Positions 63,653-64,000 of a stretch of 64,000 nt of DNA are shown piece by piece (position 1 is the stretch's first letter; every line of letters begins with the position of its first letter). Source of the stretch: Mobula hypostoma (lineage: Eukaryota). The stretch covers positions 202,060,001 to 202,124,000 of the forward strand of contig NC_086097.1 in assembly GCF_963921235.1 (NCBI RefSeq). The letters run 5' to 3'. Both the position numbers and the translations under genes were made by a program. The notes under the pieces were generated by a model that was given only the letters and a program-made list of their open reading frames with translations, ran no database searches and was not told the origin of the DNA.

Positions 63653-64000
63653 TCTTCCTTTCCTTAAAAAGAAAAACAATTAGCAACATTAATCAAAACA
63701 AACGCATAATTTAACATGTCTCTATCAGTCTCTCTGGGGGTTTACAAACACGAGTAGACCTTCTAAGTGAACACGGTTCTTGTGTTTCGTTGTTATTTAC
63801 ATGTGTTGTCTGGTCTGAATCAGTTAACTGAACTCTTTCTTGAGGTCTTTGCAATTTCTTCTTAACACTGTTCCTTCGTCTGTTTGGACCATGTATGATC
63901 TGGGCTGTACTTCTTCAAGTACTGTAGCTTTCTGTGTCCACGTGTTCATTTTGTCTTGTATCCTCACTTCATCTCCTTGGTGCAGTTCAGGTAATGGACA
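63653..64000 (-). mobile_element. Gypsy integrase C-terminus and PPT; element continues beyond the window
   Basis: Manual translation LPELHQGDEVRIQD...PRSYMVQTDEGTVLRRN...LRRSTRVCKPPERL. Confidence 0.85.

Noticed and set aside
1..64000. CRISPR array or prokaryotic defence system
   Set aside because: Spliced vertebrate locus; no regularly spaced repeats. RT and GIY-YIG domains are explained by retroelements.

Overview
Vertebrate genomic DNA, most likely from a cartilaginous fish (ray or shark; inferred from the repeat repertoire of V-SINE/HE1-like SINEs, CR1, Rex1/Babar and Neptune-type Penelope-like elements). It holds one host gene: the 5' end of NOL4 on the minus strand, with coding exon 1 at 36210-36491, exon 2 at 29793-29942, a CpG/GA-repeat promoter near 36.7-37.2 kb and intron 2 running off the left edge. 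The rest is mostly nested transposable elements: Gypsy LTR elements at both ends (the left one has an internal inversion), a solo LTR, CR1 and Rex1/Babar LINEs, tRNA-derived SINEs and Tc1, pogo/Tigger and hAT MITEs. The most interesting signal is a young Penelope-like (PLE) family whose 3' terminus carries a minimal type I hammerhead ribozyme. Four ribozyme copies lie in sense orientation in NOL4 intron 2. One PLE copy has a stop-free RT-GIY-YIG frame of about 730 codons. PLE 3' ends recur as tail-outward fold-back pairs (1.4 kb, 235 bp, 142 bp) with the same long-arm/short-arm asymmetry, and two of these are bounded by target-site duplications (TSDs). Repeat boundaries without a stated TSD are approximate, and family names come from motif recognition, not database searches.
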